Origin: Spirochaetia bacterium
GTDB taxonomy: Bacteria > Spirochaetota > Spirochaetia > CADAEX01
Assembly: GCA_963662265.2 (NCBI GenBank)
Contig: CAXXHA010000032.1
Location: forward strand, 96,001 to 160,000
Direction of reading: 5' to 3'
Length of the DNA: 64,000 bases
The notes under the pieces were generated by a model. That model ran no database searches. It saw nothing but the letters and a program-made list of their open reading frames with translations, and had not been told where the DNA came from. Made by a program: the position numbers and the translations under genes. Below are positions 60,245 through 64,000 of this stretch, in pieces (within the stretch, counting starts at the first letter, position 1; each line of letters starts with the position of its first letter).

Positions 60245-61540
60245 TTACGTTTCTGACAGTTCAGGCAAGCTCTTCTGAGACTGCGGATAAAATAGAATCT
60301 TCGGATTGTCCTTAGCAGACAAATCTACCGCTTTATTAATCATATCATTAACATTTTCAGCCGGAATCATGTGCAGTTTTTCTATTTCAGATTTTGAAAT
60401 ATTGGGAGAATATACAACTATATTAACATTTTTCTTAAGTATCTTTGAAAGCAATAATGAATGGTCCATTTGGATCCTGTAATTATCTTTCAGATAATCA
60501 ATAACCCCCTCAAGAGAAGGAGACTGTTCAAATGGCTTCATCATATCTGGTGAATTTATCCCCTCCCGACATTCACAGTAAAGAGCAACTGTAATTGAAT
60601 CATCGAGTATATCTGTAAGTGCTATAAGAGCCTTTACTGACTGATAAAAATCAATATTAAGAGGACTACCAGGTGTTGTTACAATGATATCAGGTTTCTT
60701 GAAACTGTTCTTGCAATACTTTCTAAGATAATTCACCGCTGTCTTATGTGATAAAAGCATTGGCCCTGAAAAAACTGCGGCTGTCTGGTTAACAGAATTC
60801 TGAACAAAATTAACACAAAAGTCGAGACGGAAAAACTCTGCTGTTTCTATCATGTCATTACTTACAGGATTTCCCTCCAGACAACCAGGTACGGCCTTTT
60901 CCGAAGAAATCATTTTAACTGAATGATTTGTAAGAATAGTTTTTTCAGAAGAAATTCCAGGCAATACAGATTTTCTACCTCCTGAAAAACCTGCGAATTC
61001 ATGCGGTTCCACTTTTCCAATTGAAACATGGATATCACATTCATAAGCCCTTTTGTTAACCTCAACAGGAGTACCAAATGAGGTTATACCCAGGTTTATC
61101 AGATTACTGCTATCAAAAGGGGTATGGTTTTCTATTCTCATCTTGGAATAAAGTTCCGGCCCGATTATTTTCAGCATTTCCTCTTCTGTTGCCTCCCTGT
61201 GGACACCAAGAGCAACAATAAAAAGTATATCTGACAATGTTATTCCACCGTCTGTCAACTCCTTTACTATTATTTCAGCAGCGCTTTGTGTCGGTACATT
61301 TCTGGTTGCATCTGAGACAATTATACATGCACTTTTTGCATTACGTTCAAGTACAATATCCTTAAGCCGCTTCCCCCCCAGAGGGTTATAAATACTGTTT
61401 AAAAATTCCTTTTCATTTATTGCAGTAATATCGCTATTTCCTGTTACCCCTGCAAAACATACTTCAGGAATTTCTATTGAGATTTTTTCCACTTCATCCT
61501 TATAATGAACTTTGTTATCAGCAATAGAAATAGAATACAT
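60245..61540 (-). CDS. larA: LarA-family (nickel-pincer) alpha-hydroxy acid racemase/epimerase
   Basis: Motifs DATR, ALGVHR, ENH, EPHEFAGFSGGRKS, NH and YQSVK. The substrate is not necessarily lactate. Confidence 0.88.
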   Translation of the reverse strand: MYSISIADNKVHYKDEVEKISIEIPEVCFAGVTGNSDITAINEKEFLNSIYNPLGGKRLKDIVLERNAKSACIIVSDATRNVPTQSAAEIIVKELTDGGITLSDILFIVALGVHREATEEEMLKIIGPELYSKMRIENHTPFDSSNLINLGITSFGTPVEVNKRAYECDIHVSIGKVEPHEFAGFSGGRKSVLPGISSEKTILTNHSVKMISSEKAVPGCLEGNPVSNDMIETAEFFRLDFCVNFVQNSVNQTAAVFSGPMLLSHKTAVNYLRKYCKNSFKKPDIIVTTPGSPLNIDFYQSVKALIALTDILDDSITVALYCECREGINSPDMMKPFEQSPSLEGVIDYLKDNYRIQMDHSLLLSKILKKNVNIVVYSPNISKSEIEKLHMIPAENVNDMINKAVDLSAKDNPKILFYPQSQKSLPELSET

Positions 61541-61567
61541 TCTCTAAATACCTCAATATCCTGTTCT

Positions 61568-61601
61568 AAAAATGTGCTCTGATAAATCAGAGCACATTTT
61601 T
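61568..61601 (-). terminator. Hairpin/terminator between dctQ and larA
   Basis: AAAAATGTGCTCTGAT-AA-ATCAGAGCACATTTTT. Confidence 0.65.
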
Positions 61602-61617
61602 TTAATTATAGTATCTG

Positions 61618-62166
61618 CTAAACATCCTCAGTAATAAGACCGGTATCTTCAATTTCATGATCAGATATACCAACAACGGCGGCTTCTTCGCCAGGTCTGA
61701 ATAAATCAAAGAGAATATTTCTCAATTCATACAAAGACATCACAGCAAAAGAAACAGAAACTGCAGCATATTTTACAGCATAAGGAAATCCCAGAGCGGG
61801 AGTTACCCTGCTACCTGATCTGATTATCATAAGTATACCGATGTAAAAAACAACAACAGATGCCAGAAACATGATAATCTGAACACTGATGTTCATTATA
61901 TGTTCCACTTTTTTGGGGAACATCTGCTTGAATACAACTATGCTTACATGTTCTCTACGAACAGCAATATAGGAGGCGCTCAAGAGACAAAACCATACCA
62001 GCAGTATTTTTAACAATTCTTCTGACCAGGTCAGCGAACTGTTTAATACATAACGGCTGAATATATGGAGCAGAGCAATTGCCAGCATACATATTCCTAT
62101 AGCTATTATCATAATCATAACTATTCTGCCTGTCTTTCTAACAACATTATTAAGAGTGTCTAACAT
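61618..62166 (-). CDS. TRAP transporter small permease (DctQ)
   Basis: Four TM helices; motifs SRYVLNSSLTWSEEL and HVSI. Confidence 0.9.
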   Translation of the reverse strand: MLDTLNNVVRKTGRIVMIMIIAIGICMLAIALLHIFSRYVLNSSLTWSEELLKILLVWFCLLSASYIAVRREHVSIVVFKQMFPKKVEHIMNISVQIIMFLASVVVFYIGILMIIRSGSRVTPALGFPYAVKYAAVSVSFAVMSLYELRNILFDLFRPGEEAAVVGISDHEIEDTGLITEDV

Positions 62167-62189
62167 AATACTCCTTCCCGATTATTTAA

Positions 62190-63266
62190 TTATTTTACAC
62201 TTTTAGCTGTGTCTGCTTTTACAGCTTCAATCCCTGCGATGAATTCATCTACAAATTCACTTCCAATTTCTTCTTTAACCTTATCAGAAACAACTGGCTG
62301 AGAAACTTTTTTTATAGCTTCAAGATTTGCCAGTGTCAAAGAATTGACCTTCATACCTTTATTGGTGAGCTGTTCTACAATAAGTGCTTCCCTGTTCGCA
62401 TTGATAAAACGGCTGTAATTCTGTCCGAGAATTGCACCTTTTTCAATGATTTTCTGATATTCTCCTGGAAGAGAGTTAAACCATTTAAGATTTGTCACAA
62501 GTGGCATAGCATCATAAATATGGTTGGTAAGAGATACATAATCCTGAACTTCATACATGTTTACTTCCCATATATTTGCAAGAGGATTTTCCTGTCCATC
62601 TACAATTTTCTGTGACATTGACAAATAAAGTTCAGACCAGGGAACAGGTGTCGGATTTGCTCCGAGTGCAGAAAAATTTGCCATGTGCATTGGAGCTTCC
62701 ATTGTTCTTATTTTAAGTCCTTTAAAATCATCTATTGACTTGATAGGTCTTACATTATTTGTCGCATGCCGAAAACCATTTTCCATATAAGCAAGACCTT
62801 TTAAACCTGATTCTTCGAGTGTATCCATCAGATCTGAACCTACTTTACTGTCAAAAGTAGCCCACGCCTGCTGGTAGTTATCAAAAAGAAAGGGAATATC
62901 AAGTACTGCAAATTTTTTATCAAAAGTTGTAATAGGTCCGATTGATGCAGTAGCCATTTCAAGAGTACCATTCTGAACCTGTTCAACTGATTCGATTTCA
63001 GCTCCCAGCTGGCTGTTGGGATAAATTTTGACCTCAACCTTTCCATCTGTTTTGTCTTCAATATATTCTTTCATAACACCCAGTCCTAGAGTCTGCGGGT
63101 GATCAAGAGAATTGCAAGCAGAAATTCTGATTTCAAAGGATCCAAGATCTTCAGCAGATCCTGCTTCTGCTTTTTTAGAATTTCCACCGCATGCTATTAT
63201 TGAACACATAACAAGCAGCACCATTATCACCTTAAGTGATTTCATAATAAAGTTTTGTTTTTTCAT
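62190..63266 (-). CDS. TRAP substrate-binding lipoprotein (DctP)
   Basis: Lipobox IIAC; motifs YPNSQLG, ENGFR, GLKIRTM and DGQENP. Confidence 0.92.
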   Translation of the reverse strand: MKKQNFIMKSLKVIMVLLVMCSIIACGGNSKKAEAGSAEDLGSFEIRISACNSLDHPQTLGLGVMKEYIEDKTDGKVEVKIYPNSQLGAEIESVEQVQNGTLEMATASIGPITTFDKKFAVLDIPFLFDNYQQAWATFDSKVGSDLMDTLEESGLKGLAYMENGFRHATNNVRPIKSIDDFKGLKIRTMEAPMHMANFSALGANPTPVPWSELYLSMSQKIVDGQENPLANIWEVNMYEVQDYVSLTNHIYDAMPLVTNLKWFNSLPGEYQKIIEKGAILGQNYSRFINANREALIVEQLTNKGMKVNSLTLANLEAIKKVSQPVVSDKVKEEIGSEFVDEFIAGIEAVKADTAKSVK

Positions 63267-63289
63267 TAGGTAATTCTCCTTTTTTTTTA

Positions 63290-64000
63290 TTAATAACCCA
63301 TCATTTTTGGCAGAAACAGACTTATTTCTGGAACAAAAGTAACGAGTAACAAAACACTAAAAGTTGTCAAGATAAACGGGATTGCCTCTTTGACAGTATC
63401 TTCGACCCTGACATTAGCAATAGGACTTGTAACGAACAATGTAATTCCGAATGGAGGAGTTGCAAGTCCAACTACAAGATTGACACATATAACTACTGCA
63501 ATGTGCAGCGGATGAATACCAAGCTTCCAGGCAATAGGAGCAATTATGGGAGCAAGTATTACAATAGATGCATAATCATCCATAAAACATCCTGTTATCA
63601 GGAGAAGAATATTTACCATTAAAAGGAACATCCATGGGGGTATTGAAGACAATGGCTCAATTACATAAGAGAGAACCTGCTCATTTGCAATTGCCCAGGC
63701 CATAACACTTCCGGCACCAGCTAGAAGGAGCACAAGACCCGATGTTAAGGCGGCTTCCTTGAATATTTCAGGAATATCTTTAAGCTTAACAGACTTATTT
63801 ACAAAGAAACCAAGAAATGCACTATATAAAACAGCCACTGCAGAGGCCTCTGTAATACTGAAGACTCCACCGAATATCCCACCAAGAATTATTACAGGAA
63901 GCATCAGTGCAGGAAGAGCTTTTTTTGCAGCAACAATTTTTTCTTTTAATGAAGTTTTAGGGAAAGAGGGATAATCTCTTTTTTTGGATACAAAGTGTGC
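63290..64000 (-). CDS. TRAP transporter large permease (DctM); 5' end outside the window
   Basis: Motifs PVIILGGIFGGVFSITEA and GLATPPFGITLF; the frame stays open to the window edge. Confidence 0.92.
   Translation of the reverse strand, partial: AHFVSKKRDYPSFPKTSLKEKIVAAKKALPALMLPVIILGGIFGGVFSITEASAVAVLYSAFLGFFVNKSVKLKDIPEIFKEAALTSGLVLLLAGAGSVMAWAIANEQVLSYVIEPLSSIPPWMFLLMVNILLLITGCFMDDYASIVILAPIIAPIAWKLGIHPLHIAVVICVNLVVGLATPPFGITLFVTSPIANVRVEDTVKEAIPFILTTFSVLLLVTFVPEISLFLPKMMGY

Overview
A 64-kb AT-rich bacterial chromosomal segment, probably from an anaerobic free-living spirochaete. This is inferred from the FlgD-Ig/OmpA protein, the spirochaete-like lipoprotein N-termini and the two-piece class III RNR. 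I saw no rRNA, tRNA, CRISPR array, phage or intact transposase. In order, the window holds: an ABC exporter (partial), threonine aldolase, iolC-iolB-aldolase, an APC permease fused to PTS EIIA, an SsuABC-type importer, nrdR with a split nrdD and nrdG, a multiply frameshifted gene, ispH, an archaeal-type ACT protein and a 77-bp structured tandem repeat. Next come rex and a hydroxyproline locus: HypD glycyl radical enzyme with activase and ProC, a Cys/Thr proline-racemase-family dehydratase with an OCD-family reductase, a fused Fe-S serine-dehydratase-like enzyme, a PAS-HTH regulator and PutP. These are followed by an ADP-forming acyl-CoA ligase, two pyk paralogues, an OMP-TetR-MMPL-LolA-like module, plsC and a thioesterase. 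The window ends in an AT-rich catabolic island (TRAP, LarA-family isomerase, variant MOFRL kinase, an enolase-fold protein lacking the catalytic acid, RpiR, 2-hydroxyacid dehydrogenase). The best novelty candidates are (1) the LarA/kinase/atypical-enolase pathway, (2) a structured repeat family with a covarying second copy at 39 kb, (3) the dual 3-/4-hydroxyproline locus and (4) the split NrdD whose glycyl-radical domain is fused to a redoxin. All calls come from reading motifs by eye; no database searches or folding programs were run.
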